Below are positions 29,175-38,317 of a stretch of 64,000 bases of DNA, one piece after another (position 1 is the stretch's first letter; each line of letters begins with the position of its first letter). Position numbers and translations under genes: made by a program. The stretch is from Candidatus Bathyarchaeota archaeon. GTDB lineage: Archaea; Thermoproteota; Bathyarchaeia; 40CM-2-53-6. The notes below the pieces were generated by a model. It was not told where the DNA came from. It did not search any database and saw only the letters and a program-made list of their open reading frames with translations. The DNA lies in contig CAVPLU010000003.1 of the NCBI GenBank assembly GCA_963706285.1, positions 128,001 through 192,000 of the forward strand, read 5' to 3'.

Positions 29175-29693
29175 CTGAGCGAAGAAAGAACTCTTACCGT
29201 TGAAGTGCAAATCGGGGAACTAAAGCACACAGCAAAGGGAACAGTAGACGCAGTCATGCAAGAAGTGCTCGCCTTCGTCTCACGCGCCGTTCCAGGCTAC
29301 GACGCAGCTTCAAAACTCCTATACATTCCGGAGTACACAAAGATGCTTGATTCTATTTCTAGAATGCTGAAGATCACACCTGACGGGCAAGTCCTTCTCT
29401 TACAAGAGAACCTGCCTGCGGAAAAAGCCATCACAAGTGTTCTTCTCGGAGCGCATGTTGCAAACAAGTTCCAGAAACGTCCCAGCGACGAATTGTATGC
29501 AGAAGAAATAGCAAGATCCGTAAGCAAAGCACTGAAGACAGTTAGAAACACTATTGCAGAGCTTCAGAAACAAGGTCTCATCGAACGCGCCACGCGCGGG
29601 ACCTACAGAATCACAACCGCTGGCATCATGAAGATGGAACAGGAACTGCAGGCGTCGCCAAGCGGTCTTGAAGGAGGGGTCCCTCAGAAATAG
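29175..29693 (+). CDS. winged-helix protein, paralog C (CTG start inferred)
   Basis: ITPDG, LPAEKAI, TIAELQKQG, GTYRITTAG; MSEERTLTVEV aligns with the paralog B N-terminus. Confidence 0.8.
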   Translation: MSEERTLTVEVQIGELKHTAKGTVDAVMQEVLAFVSRAVPGYDAASKLLYIPEYTKMLDSISRMLKITPDGQVLLLQENLPAEKAITSVLLGAHVANKFQKRPSDELYAEEIARSVSKALKTVRNTIAELQKQGLIERATRGTYRITTAGIMKMEQELQASPSGLEGGVPQK

Positions 29694-29732
29694 TGAGGGT
29701 CACAACCACCGCGCCCGATTGGGGGAATTCGG

Positions 29733-30884
29733 GTGCGGCGGGAACGGGAGCTTTTGGCAGCTCCCGCAATAGGGGGTGAGAATCTGGTGATCCACCGCAC
29801 CCAAATGACAGATGCTTCAATTGAAGAGATAAGCAGTTCGCTACGATTGGGGAACAGCGAACGCTCACTTCTACCGTCGTTTCTCATAGAACTCAGTAGC
29901 AGAACAATGCAGCAGGTGAGCGGTCGAGCATTCAGTCCCAGAGAATCATCAATACTCGCAATGGCCATTGATGATGAGACATCCGAGACAACTCCAGCTC
30001 TTGCAGTTGGCGACTCCGATCATTGCGAGACAATCCGTTTGGGGTCATCGAGGGAGTCGACCGTGGCAGCGGTTGACGTCTCTAGTTTGAAGATCGGCGA
30101 AACTGAAACCGGCGTACTGGCCGCAATCAGAGGTGCAGTTGTGTGGAAGTCCAGTCGCGGGTACCAATACGTCAGATGCGGCCCCTTGGCATTCCATCTG
30201 GGGCACACTACGGACGAATCATTGCCTTCAATTATGGCTGGCGTAGGGTCAAGCCAATTCTTCACAGAACGCGCCATAAGCCGACTACGCAATACGCTCG
30301 AACGATGGATACAGCGAGAGATTTGTGTCTCTCTTGAAGATGCAGTAGTCCTGTTCGACGGATCACTCACAGTCGGAACACCGGACAATCCGACCGCACA
30401 TCTCGCTCGGATCCTAGATTCAGCGAGAGAAAGAGGAAGCGTCGTGCTTGCCTTCTCAAAGAGCACGAAACTATGTGCTTTCGGCAGAAAGATCACTTCA
30501 CTCGTATCCGAAGCTCAGGCGCCGTGCGTGGTAGATGTTGACAGGGCCGTCAGAGGACAGTTCGAGTCCCATCCAGTTCGCCTCGCAGGTCATGTGTACG
30601 TTGCGAAGCTCACCGACAACGGATTCGCCTTCAGACTAGATGCGGACCGTCAGGTTCCGCCTGAAGAGCGAATAGACGCAATGAATCGACTTATCGCAAG
30701 CGATGTTGTAGCGCAAGGTTACCCTGAGACGCTCAGGCTCGCTCACATCTTCTCGACATTCACCGCGAACGACGTAATTGCCGTGCAGCGTCACCTAGCC
30801 TTCACGCATGGACTAAGGATTGCACCACGGTTCAACTTGAGAAAATCGCTCTTCGGACCGTTCGGAACTTGGGGGGCATCATAG
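29733..30884 (+). CDS. NurA-family nuclease
   Basis: AAVDVSS, VLFDGSL, FSKST, FRLD, GYPETLRLAH motifs. Confidence 0.85.
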   Translation: MRRERELLAAPAIGGENLVIHRTQMTDASIEEISSSLRLGNSERSLLPSFLIELSSRTMQQVSGRAFSPRESSILAMAIDDETSETTPALAVGDSDHCETIRLGSSRESTVAAVDVSSLKIGETETGVLAAIRGAVVWKSSRGYQYVRCGPLAFHLGHTTDESLPSIMAGVGSSQFFTERAISRLRNTLERWIQREICVSLEDAVVLFDGSLTVGTPDNPTAHLARILDSARERGSVVLAFSKSTKLCAFGRKITSLVSEAQAPCVVDVDRAVRGQFESHPVRLAGHVYVAKLTDNGFAFRLDADRQVPPEERIDAMNRLIASDVVAQGYPETLRLAHIFSTFTANDVIAVQRHLAFTHGLRIAPRFNLRKSLFGPFGTWGAS

Positions 30885-30888
30885 ACCA

Positions 30889-32349
30889 GTGAAGATCTAC
30901 CGCAAAGAGGGCGACGTCATGCAGCTAATCAGCTTTCCGGAGGAAGAGGTAAACAAGGGCGATTACCTGCTCGTTGAGGACCAACGATCGCACAAAGGGC
31001 TGATCATTCAAATCATCGACATACAATTCGCCAACGTCCCAGGAATACTTGAGGACATACTACGTGATGTGATGACAGAGGAACCAATACAAGGCAACGA
31101 CATCGACCCACTCGACATTTCATCACAGGTCGCAGTGCTGAAGGATACAAAGCTTCTAGTTTGCAAGATCAGGGGAGCTTTGGAAAATGGTCGCCCAACT
31201 CGCAACGTTTCGTGGCTTCCTTCAAGGATCAATTCCTTGGTATCCAAATTCCCGATCGAGACGATAGCTTCAGAGGAGTCTCCCAGCAGACCGATCCTGC
31301 TTGGAGGCATCAAAGAGAACTTCAAATTCACGGTTAACGCTACAACGCTTGACGGTAGACTCAACATCGTAACCGGGAAAAAAGGAACGGGCAAATCCCA
31401 TCTCTCCAAGTTGCTCGCGATGGGCCTTCTCGATCATGGTGCTCCATGCCTCATTCTAGACGTGAACGGAGAGTACACAAACCTTACGCGCCGAGCAAGT
31501 GGAGAAAGAAGCCCATACGAAGGAAAGATTGCAGTACTGACGCCGAGGCTTAGTCTCAGATTTACTCTGGCTGAGATCGGTTTGGGGACAATGATGGACA
31601 TCCTCCTACACGCATTAGACCTACCAGGAACATCGGCCCGCGTCTTCGCAAGGATATGGCGGCAACTCGAACAAAAGAACGAACTGATGGTCAAATCGTT
31701 GGGAGAAGCAATTGCTGAATCTGACTGCCACGAAAGCGTGCGAGACGCTCTCCAGTCAAGATACAATACGCTCGTCGACTCGGGAATATTCACAGACGAC
31801 CCCTCAACAACGCACTCGCGTCAGTTTCTCGAACGATTGGCTACCGGTGGAGCAGTCGTTGTGAACATGAAGAATCAGTCGTTTATGATCCGCCGTATCG
31901 TTGTTGAACTTCTCTTGAGCAAAATCACTGAACTGCTCTCACACGCTCGACTCAAAGCGGTTTTCCTCTTCGCGGAGGAAGCGCATCTCTACCTACGCGA
32001 GACTTACTGGGATGACATAGTCACCCGAATGAGGCATCTCGGCATATTCACCACATTCATAACAAATCAGCCGGATACGATTCAAGAAAGCATCTACAGA
32101 CAGGCAGACAACATATTCCTCTTCAACTTCACAAACGAACGTGACCTGGATGTCGTTGCGAGAGCAGCCAAGATTGACGGCGAGAGCGTAAAACTACTCG
32201 TGAAAGACTTGCCTGCCGGCCACTGTTTAGCGATAGGCGACGTGGTTCGCGACTTTCCAGTAGTCGTGAGCGTTAGACCACTCGATGTGGAAGCTCTTGG
32301 CGGCACGAGGTTCTTCTTCCAAGAGAACGTCATACCATGTTCAAAGTGA
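30889..32349 (+). CDS. HerA-family ATPase/helicase (DUF87)
   Basis: GKKGTGKS, DVNGEY, FAEEAH, RMRH, ITNQP; N-terminal HAS-barrel-like segment. Confidence 0.9.
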   Translation: MKIYRKEGDVMQLISFPEEEVNKGDYLLVEDQRSHKGLIIQIIDIQFANVPGILEDILRDVMTEEPIQGNDIDPLDISSQVAVLKDTKLLVCKIRGALENGRPTRNVSWLPSRINSLVSKFPIETIASEESPSRPILLGGIKENFKFTVNATTLDGRLNIVTGKKGTGKSHLSKLLAMGLLDHGAPCLILDVNGEYTNLTRRASGERSPYEGKIAVLTPRLSLRFTLAEIGLGTMMDILLHALDLPGTSARVFARIWRQLEQKNELMVKSLGEAIAESDCHESVRDALQSRYNTLVDSGIFTDDPSTTHSRQFLERLATGGAVVVNMKNQSFMIRRIVVELLLSKITELLSHARLKAVFLFAEEAHLYLRETYWDDIVTRMRHLGIFTTFITNQPDTIQESIYRQADNIFLFNFTNERDLDVVARAAKIDGESVKLLVKDLPAGHCLAIGDVVRDFPVVVSVRPLDVEALGGTRFFFQENVIPCSK

Positions 32350-32409
32350 GCCGACCACGGAGCTCCTGAAAATGTCCGATCTTTCGAAAGTCTTTACTGC
32401 ACAAGACGC

Positions 32410-33291
32410 ATGTGCAAAGACGAAGCCGTCGAGCTGCCGTCCATGAGCACCGCTCTTCCGACACCAATCCGCGCTCTCCACCGACCAAGAGTCGTTACGA
32501 TCCTGGATGTAGCGCCTGAAGCTGCTAACACAAAATCACTCAGCTTCAAGGACAAACTGGGAGCAACCGCGATGCCGGGTCAATTTGGAATGATCTGGGC
32601 ACCCGGTACAGATGAGGTGCCAATGAGCCTACTGCCGCGAGGCAAAGACGACATCGTTACGATCGTCGTGAAAGAACGCGGAAACGGTACGGGAGCGCTT
32701 CTCAGAAAGAAGAAGGGTGACTTGATCGGTGTCCGCGGCCCATACGGCAAAGGTTTCACCTACGCGGGTGTCAGGAACGCGCTCATGATCGGAGGCGGTA
32801 CAGGAGCAATCCCCCTACTGGCGCTAGTTCGCATGCTCGCCCCCGCACGTGTCAAGTGCAGCTTCATCCTTGGAGCCCACAACAACCGCGAGCTCCTCTT
32901 CCAGAACGAGATAGAACGTCTATGCAAGGAGACGGGAGGACGCTGCATCGTCACGACCGATGATGGGTCAGCTGGAATCCGAGCGCTTGCAACACACGAG
33001 GCCGCAAAGGTTCTGCGTGCAGGATCATTTGATCGCGTGTACACCTGTGGTCCCGAGGTGATGATGAGAAAGATCATGGACCTCGCGGGCGAGGCACAGA
33101 TCCCGGCTGAAGCAGGGCTTGAGCGCATATTCAAGTGTGGATCAGGAATCTGTGGCAGTTGCTGCATCGGACCCTACATGGTCTGCAAGGACGGCCCGGT
33201 CTTCAGCGGCGAGATTCTGAGAGAGCTGCCGGAGTTTGGCACGTCGACGAGAGATGCTTCCGGTAGGCCCGTACTATTCAAGTCATCCTAG
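32410..33291 (+). CDS. pyrK: dihydroorotate dehydrogenase electron transfer subunit
   Basis: PGQF, RGPYGKGF, GGGTG, TDDGS, CGP, CGSGICGSC, VCKDGPVF. Confidence 0.92.
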   Translation: MCKDEAVELPSMSTALPTPIRALHRPRVVTILDVAPEAANTKSLSFKDKLGATAMPGQFGMIWAPGTDEVPMSLLPRGKDDIVTIVVKERGNGTGALLRKKKGDLIGVRGPYGKGFTYAGVRNALMIGGGTGAIPLLALVRMLAPARVKCSFILGAHNNRELLFQNEIERLCKETGGRCIVTTDDGSAGIRALATHEAAKVLRAGSFDRVYTCGPEVMMRKIMDLAGEAQIPAEAGLERIFKCGSGICGSCCIGPYMVCKDGPVFSGEILRELPEFGTSTRDASGRPVLFKSS

Positions 33292-33411
33292 ACCGGCGAT
33301 ATTCCTGCATCGTAGCCTGTGGGTCACTGGATCTCGACCCTTGCGAATACCTTTAAGATGAGCTGACTCGAATAGAGCTGCCAGTCATATCGATCATGGG
33401 AGGTGTTGACT

Positions 33412-33579
33412 ATACCAACTCACGGATCTCTTACGAAGGCTGGGAAAGTCCGCCAGCAGACGCCGAAAGTTCAAGGAGCAAACAAGCGTTCTCCAGTACC
33501 CAGGTTACACGTTCGTAGAAACGCAGAGAAGCGACTGGAACTCGGTAGAAAACCGGGTCAGAACTTCAGGCGCGTCTAG
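33412..33579 (+). CDS. rps30e: 30S ribosomal protein S30e (not in ORF track; ATA or TTG 33406 start)
   Basis: PTHGSLTKAGKVRQQTPKV...PR...RRN..KR; GGAGGTG SD upstream. Confidence 0.93.
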   Translation: MPTHGSLTKAGKVRQQTPKVQGANKRSPVPRLHVRRNAEKRLELGRKPGQNFRRV

Positions 33580-33669
33580 GCGACGAACCTTCGAATCATC
33601 GGCGAACGCCTAGCTATCTTTTTTCATTACAACTGAAGAAGAGAGTTAGTATTACCCGGAGTCTCGGAA

Positions 33670-34173
33670 ATGCGCGTCCAACTGCGGCCAATCGGGCATG
33701 TTGTGACAGATGCAGACCATGAGGAATTGCGACACAGAACTACTGTGTCAAAGATTATTATTGACCGCAAGTTCGCGGGTGGACTGAGAGGCGTCGAAGG
33801 GTTCTCGCACCTGTATGTGCTCTTTCTGCTCCATGAGGTGCCAAAATGGAGTGGCATTCTGATGGTTCACCCAAGAGGGCGAGTTGATATCAAGAAGACA
33901 GGAGTCTTTGCCACTAGATCTCCTCACCGTCCGAATCCCATCGCGCTAACTCTCGTGAAGCTACTCAGCAAGAAGGGCAGAGTCCTTACGGTGGAAGGCT
34001 TGGACGCATACAACGGGACACCTATCCTTGATCTGAAACCTTATGATAAGCTTGACATCACACGGAATTTCCGAGTGCCCCTGTGGTGGAAGAAGCTGCA
34101 TCGAGAGAACAGACGAGGGGAATGCGCCCACAACGCCCACAATGCTAAGCCAAGTAGGCGAGTTCATCGATAG
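33670..34173 (+). CDS. trmO: tRNA m6t6A37 methyltransferase TrmO/TsaA
   Basis: PIG, FSHLYVLF.LH, GVFATRSPHRPNPI, GLDAYNGTPILDLKPY. Confidence 0.92.
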   Translation: MRVQLRPIGHVVTDADHEELRHRTTVSKIIIDRKFAGGLRGVEGFSHLYVLFLLHEVPKWSGILMVHPRGRVDIKKTGVFATRSPHRPNPIALTLVKLLSKKGRVLTVEGLDAYNGTPILDLKPYDKLDITRNFRVPLWWKKLHRENRRGECAHNAHNAKPSRRVHR

Positions 34174-34241
34174 CGAGCTCAAGTTCGCGTAAGTTCTTGT
34201 GTACAGCGTCATTACTTTCCTTTTTAACTTGAAGCAGCAGG

Positions 34242-34952
34242 ATGAAGCGCAGATCAACAATGCCCGAGAAACGGGTCATCGTGACTGACATTGACTACAC
34301 ACTGACTGATGCCGAGCTTAGGCTTGACCTTGGCGCCGCTCAGAAGATCAGAGAACTCGAAGAGCGGGGAGTCAAAGTGATTCTGGATAGTGGAAGGAAC
34401 CTAGCCGCAACTGGATCGCTCGCACAGCTCATAGGCACCTCTGGCTTTCTTGTGGCCGAGAACGGAGGTGTCATCGCCAAGTATCAGACACCGATCAAGA
34501 TTCTTGGTAGAATTGAAGACGCCCGCGCTGCGCTACGAATGCTTAGGAAGAGAATTGGTAACAAAGTAAGAGAGAGACCCGATAGCCGGCTCGGGATGCG
34601 GTTGTCAAGCGTCTCGTTGGAACGATCGCTCAACCCCGAGAAAGCCAGAGAACTGCTACAGAAAAGCAAGATGGGAATTGATCTCATCGACACCGGTGTC
34701 ACTTACGTGCTCTTGGACGCTCGCTGTGACAAGGGGAATGCTCTTGCTCAGCTGGGACGACTGGCGAAGATACCATTGACTCATTCTACGGGGATCGGTG
34801 ACAACTACAATGACCTCAGCCTTTTTCGCGAAGTTGCGTACAAGATTGCGGTCGGAAATGCTCCGGAAGAAGTTAGGCAAGAAGCCGATTACGTTTGCAG
34901 GCGCACCTTTGGCAGAGGCTTCCTAGAGGCGGTAGAGCATACGGGACTCTGA
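34242..34952 (+). CDS. HAD phosphoglycolate phosphatase (TA0175 type)
   Basis: DIDYTLT, SGRN, AENGG, KG.AL, GDNYND. Confidence 0.88.
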   Translation: MKRRSTMPEKRVIVTDIDYTLTDAELRLDLGAAQKIRELEERGVKVILDSGRNLAATGSLAQLIGTSGFLVAENGGVIAKYQTPIKILGRIEDARAALRMLRKRIGNKVRERPDSRLGMRLSSVSLERSLNPEKARELLQKSKMGIDLIDTGVTYVLLDARCDKGNALAQLGRLAKIPLTHSTGIGDNYNDLSLFREVAYKIAVGNAPEEVRQEADYVCRRTFGRGFLEAVEHTGL

Positions 34953-35253
34953 ATGCGTCATCGCTTGACCGCTGAGGTCCTCACTAGAGGACTATGCTCA
35001 GTAGTCTCCTCAACCTCAGGTTCCTCTTGCTGTAGGAGCCGCGGGAGAGGAGCTCATCAAGTACCTCGGCGCTCATGGTTGTTCAACAGGCGGCACAAGG
35101 GTGATCGCTATAAAAAGGGGTTATTGAGCGAATCGATATGTCGAATGTCGAGTGTCCGCGTCCGCATTTCCATGCGAGCCTGATTGTTCATGGTCGGATG
35201 GTCTGAGATCCGCTCGGCGAGCATCAGCTTGCCTGTCGCCATCGAAATCGTGT

Positions 35254-36094
35254 CTATCGTGTCTTGCTCTTCTCTCTGCGCTTGTAGAGGTAGTAGACCG
35301 GTGCTCCGATCGCTACGACAGGTACTAGGGATACTGCGAGAATTATGATTCCGCGAAGGATTGTGAAGAATCCCTGGACAGCTATCTCGAATGTCTCGCC
35401 CCAGTTCATTCCCGGCGGCATGAAGGCGGGGAGTGGCTCAGTCAATGTGACTGAGATGAGTGACATCTCAGCGTTGCCTTCGAGATAGTTGATTTGGCCT
35501 TGCAGGCTATCTATTTCGCCTCTAATTCTTCCGAGTTCGGTCTCCACTCGGAGGATATCTTCAACCGTTTTCGCCATGTCTAGGATTTCTTGGAGGCGTT
35601 CTTCCTGTTTCTGCAGGTTGTTGAGTCTAGCTTTCAGATCGGTATACTGTTGAGTGATATCTTCGCTGTTCGTACTTTCGTCGAGGACTTTCCCATAGGC
35701 TTCTATCTGCTGAATGGAAGAGCGAAACTGGTCTTTCGGTACTCGAATGGCTATCTGAGCTATCGTTTGTGTACCGTAGGTTGAGCGTGATGAGCTGGCA
35801 ACGTATCCACCATTGCCCTCCGCAAGCCCTCTGATCCTCTGAAGTGTTCCTTGAATGTCCTTGGTCTCGAGCGATACGTGTCCATTGTATATCACTACTC
35901 TTTCTTGGGATGTCGGTTGATCCTTCGCGGCTCCGCCGAATGGCGATGCCGCCTCGGTCATCGTTGCGAAGCCTGGTGGCGACTCCGGTCCGCATGATCG
36001 TGTTGGACTGTGAGTAGAACACGCCGATGAAATAGGAGGCAACCAGAAGAATCACGATGCCACACGAAGTGACGAGTATCTTTCTTCGACTCAT
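35254..36094 (-). CDS. DUF4349 membrane-anchored protein, frameshifted at ~35990
   Basis: N-terminal TM in ORF 35627..36094; GGYV..S, RVP, EDIT.QY.DL.ARL, E.EL..IR.EI in ORF 35254..36042. Confidence 0.85.
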
Positions 36095-36500
36095 TTCTCA
36101 TCAACTCTGCATTGGTGGAACATGAATAAAGCGCTAGACCTTCGAACGTGCCGTTCAGAAAATAGAACAACCCAGAAATCACGGACTACCTGCAGAGGTT
36201 GCCTCGGAATCTTATGAGTTGAAATACGAGTATTCTTGAGCCGATACGCCTCAAAATGGCACGTTCAAAAGGATGGGTTCCACCCAGAAGAAGGTGCACC
36301 CACCCGAGCGCCGCAGTCAGCAGAGAGGAACGTCAACACGGATCCAATCCACGAGGAGGCAGACGGCATATGCAGACTGCCTATGGCTATCGTCAAGCGT
36401 TATCTACGTCGGCGGCAAATGAGTTCTCTTCATTCACTAGAGAGTCAGTATCTCGCAACCTATATCCGCCCAGGTTCTTTGAGCGGATGGATGACCACTA

Positions 36501-37469
36501 GTGAGGATCAAACCGGTGAAACCCAAAACGGCTCTTGATTGGCTGCTGAACAAGGACCAGCCATCCATCAGGTATCTTGCACTGACACAGCTGCTAGGGA
36601 GAACTCAGGACGATCCCGAAGTTCAATCAGCAGAGCGGATGATCTCTAAGATCGGATGGGCTGCGGACATCCTTGCCAAGCAGATGCCCGGCGGATCGTG
36701 GGTTGATGAAGAGCGCCTGTACGTCCCGAAGTACGTGTCTACAAACTGGATGCTGCTCATCCTATCAGACCTAGGTCTAACAAAGGAGAATCCACAGATC
36801 TCCAAGGCCTGCGAGTTATGGATCAGAAGATTTGCAAAAAGAGACGGCGGATTTGGCGCGGACGGATGGAGCAAAAGCCATCTATGCATAGTGGGCAACA
36901 CCGCGCGTGCCTTGGTGAAGTTCGGCTACGCCGACCACCCCAAAGTAACAAGCGCGTTCGAATGGCTGGTGAAGAATCAAGCGAAGAAGGGCGGCTGGTC
37001 ATGTTTCGGGTCGGGGAGAAACTTAGACTCGTGGGAAGGCATGAGCGCATTCGCCGTATACCCACGCCAGAAGTGGACCAGAAGCATGAAACACTCCGTC
37101 GAAATGGGGGCAGAGTTCTATCTGGAAAGAGAAATGCACAAGCAAGGAGCACGCTACCGACCTTGGTACCGCTTCCACTACCCAGTCCACTATTATTACG
37201 ATTTGCTCGTCGGCCTTGATTTCATCACAGCCCTAGGATACGGCGACGACAAGAGGCTGAAGGATGCGCTCTCACTACTCACAAAGAAGAGACGACGCGA
37301 CGGGAAATGGCTCCTCGACGCCGTCCATCCCGACCTTGAGGGATCTATGGCCAAATGGTACGAAAAAAGAAAGCCAACTTCATTTGCGCTCGAAAAACCG
37401 GGAGAGCCAAGCAAGATGATTACCCTCAGAGCTATGCAGGTGCTGAACAGGTCGAACAATTCGACATAG
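36501..37469 (+). CDS. prenyltransferase/squalene cyclase-like alpha-alpha toroid protein
   Basis: LDWLL..D.PSIRY, Q..GG.W repeats, YP..Y.YDLL, GEPSKMITLRA. Confidence 0.75.
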   Translation: MRIKPVKPKTALDWLLNKDQPSIRYLALTQLLGRTQDDPEVQSAERMISKIGWAADILAKQMPGGSWVDEERLYVPKYVSTNWMLLILSDLGLTKENPQISKACELWIRRFAKRDGGFGADGWSKSHLCIVGNTARALVKFGYADHPKVTSAFEWLVKNQAKKGGWSCFGSGRNLDSWEGMSAFAVYPRQKWTRSMKHSVEMGAEFYLEREMHKQGARYRPWYRFHYPVHYYYDLLVGLDFITALGYGDDKRLKDALSLLTKKRRRDGKWLLDAVHPDLEGSMAKWYEKRKPTSFALEKPGEPSKMITLRAMQVLNRSNNST

Positions 37470-37483
37470 TGCTACTAAACGAA

Positions 37484-37727
37484 TGGTGGGGCCGGTGGGA
37501 TTTGAACCCACGACTTCTGGCCTCGCGGCTTTCGCTCGCGGGGACGCCAGCGCCCCAGGTTCACCGCCGTGTGCGGCTCTGGTATCCATTTGGCGACAAT
37601 CGTTGTCTAGACCAAGCTTTTCGCGCACTTTTGTCAGTTCTAGCCCTTTCTAATTGACACTTCCATTATGGAAGCAAGTGCTAGACGAATGGGCTCCCTC
37701 TGATGTTCGATAGAAGGGATCGGCCCC
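37484..37727 (-). tRNA. tRNA-Pro(GGG) with five BHB introns (7/8, 13/14, ~21, 30/31, 45/46), encoded CCA
   Basis: Removing 37720-37689, 37682-37619, 37608-37589, 37578-37560 and 37544-37515 gives a 79-nt cloverleaf with anticodon arm CCAGC-CTGGGGC-GCTGG and T-arm GTGGG-TTCAAAT-CCCAC. Confidence 0.88.
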
Positions 37728-38317
37728 ACGGTCTAGACTCCAGCCCCAGCGCTTGTAGCAACGTATCTACGTTTTAGCTTTGCGAAGAATCCGATAATGT
37801 TGAGTTGACCTGTTTAGACCCTCATGTGCTCCTCACTCAAGCTTGGCTCGCCGCCTTGTTTTCCATCTGTTTCGTCATGTTTGTGGAAAACACAAGAACT
37901 GACCGCAATCGAAATGGTAGAGATCAGTTAGAAGCGAGGTGAAGATTCTGCCCTTTTTTGGATAGTTCGACTCTTTCAGAGCGAAGTTCCAGTAATATGA
38001 GGGATGTTTCTGACTGCGATCGAGTGGTATGAGGCGGATCATGCCGTTCAAGGTCGGTCTTAATCCTCAGAACCACGTCCAAAGTGTCTTGAAGTCTCCG
38101 TTGAGTATTTCCAAAGTACGTCCAACGACCGTGTTGGCTTGTTGACGATCGCAAATTCATGGTTAGTTTTCTGTTACGCGAAAGCTACTCAAGCCAAACC
38201 TAAATTCGGTTTGAATTCAAGAAAGCGCGGATGATTCATCAACGTCACACACATGGCAACGACTCCTCGCGTTCCATCATTCTTTCCTGACAAGTCTATT
38301 GATTGCCGTCACGAGCT

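Noticed and set aside
36501-37469. Squalene-hopene cyclase implying hopanoid synthesis
   Set aside because: Only about half the length and lacks the DxDD catalytic motif.
37355-37657. ORFs 37355..37657 and 37380..37628 (also 27056..27271 and 27249..27545)
   Set aside because: They overlap the tRNA genes and are shadow ORFs.
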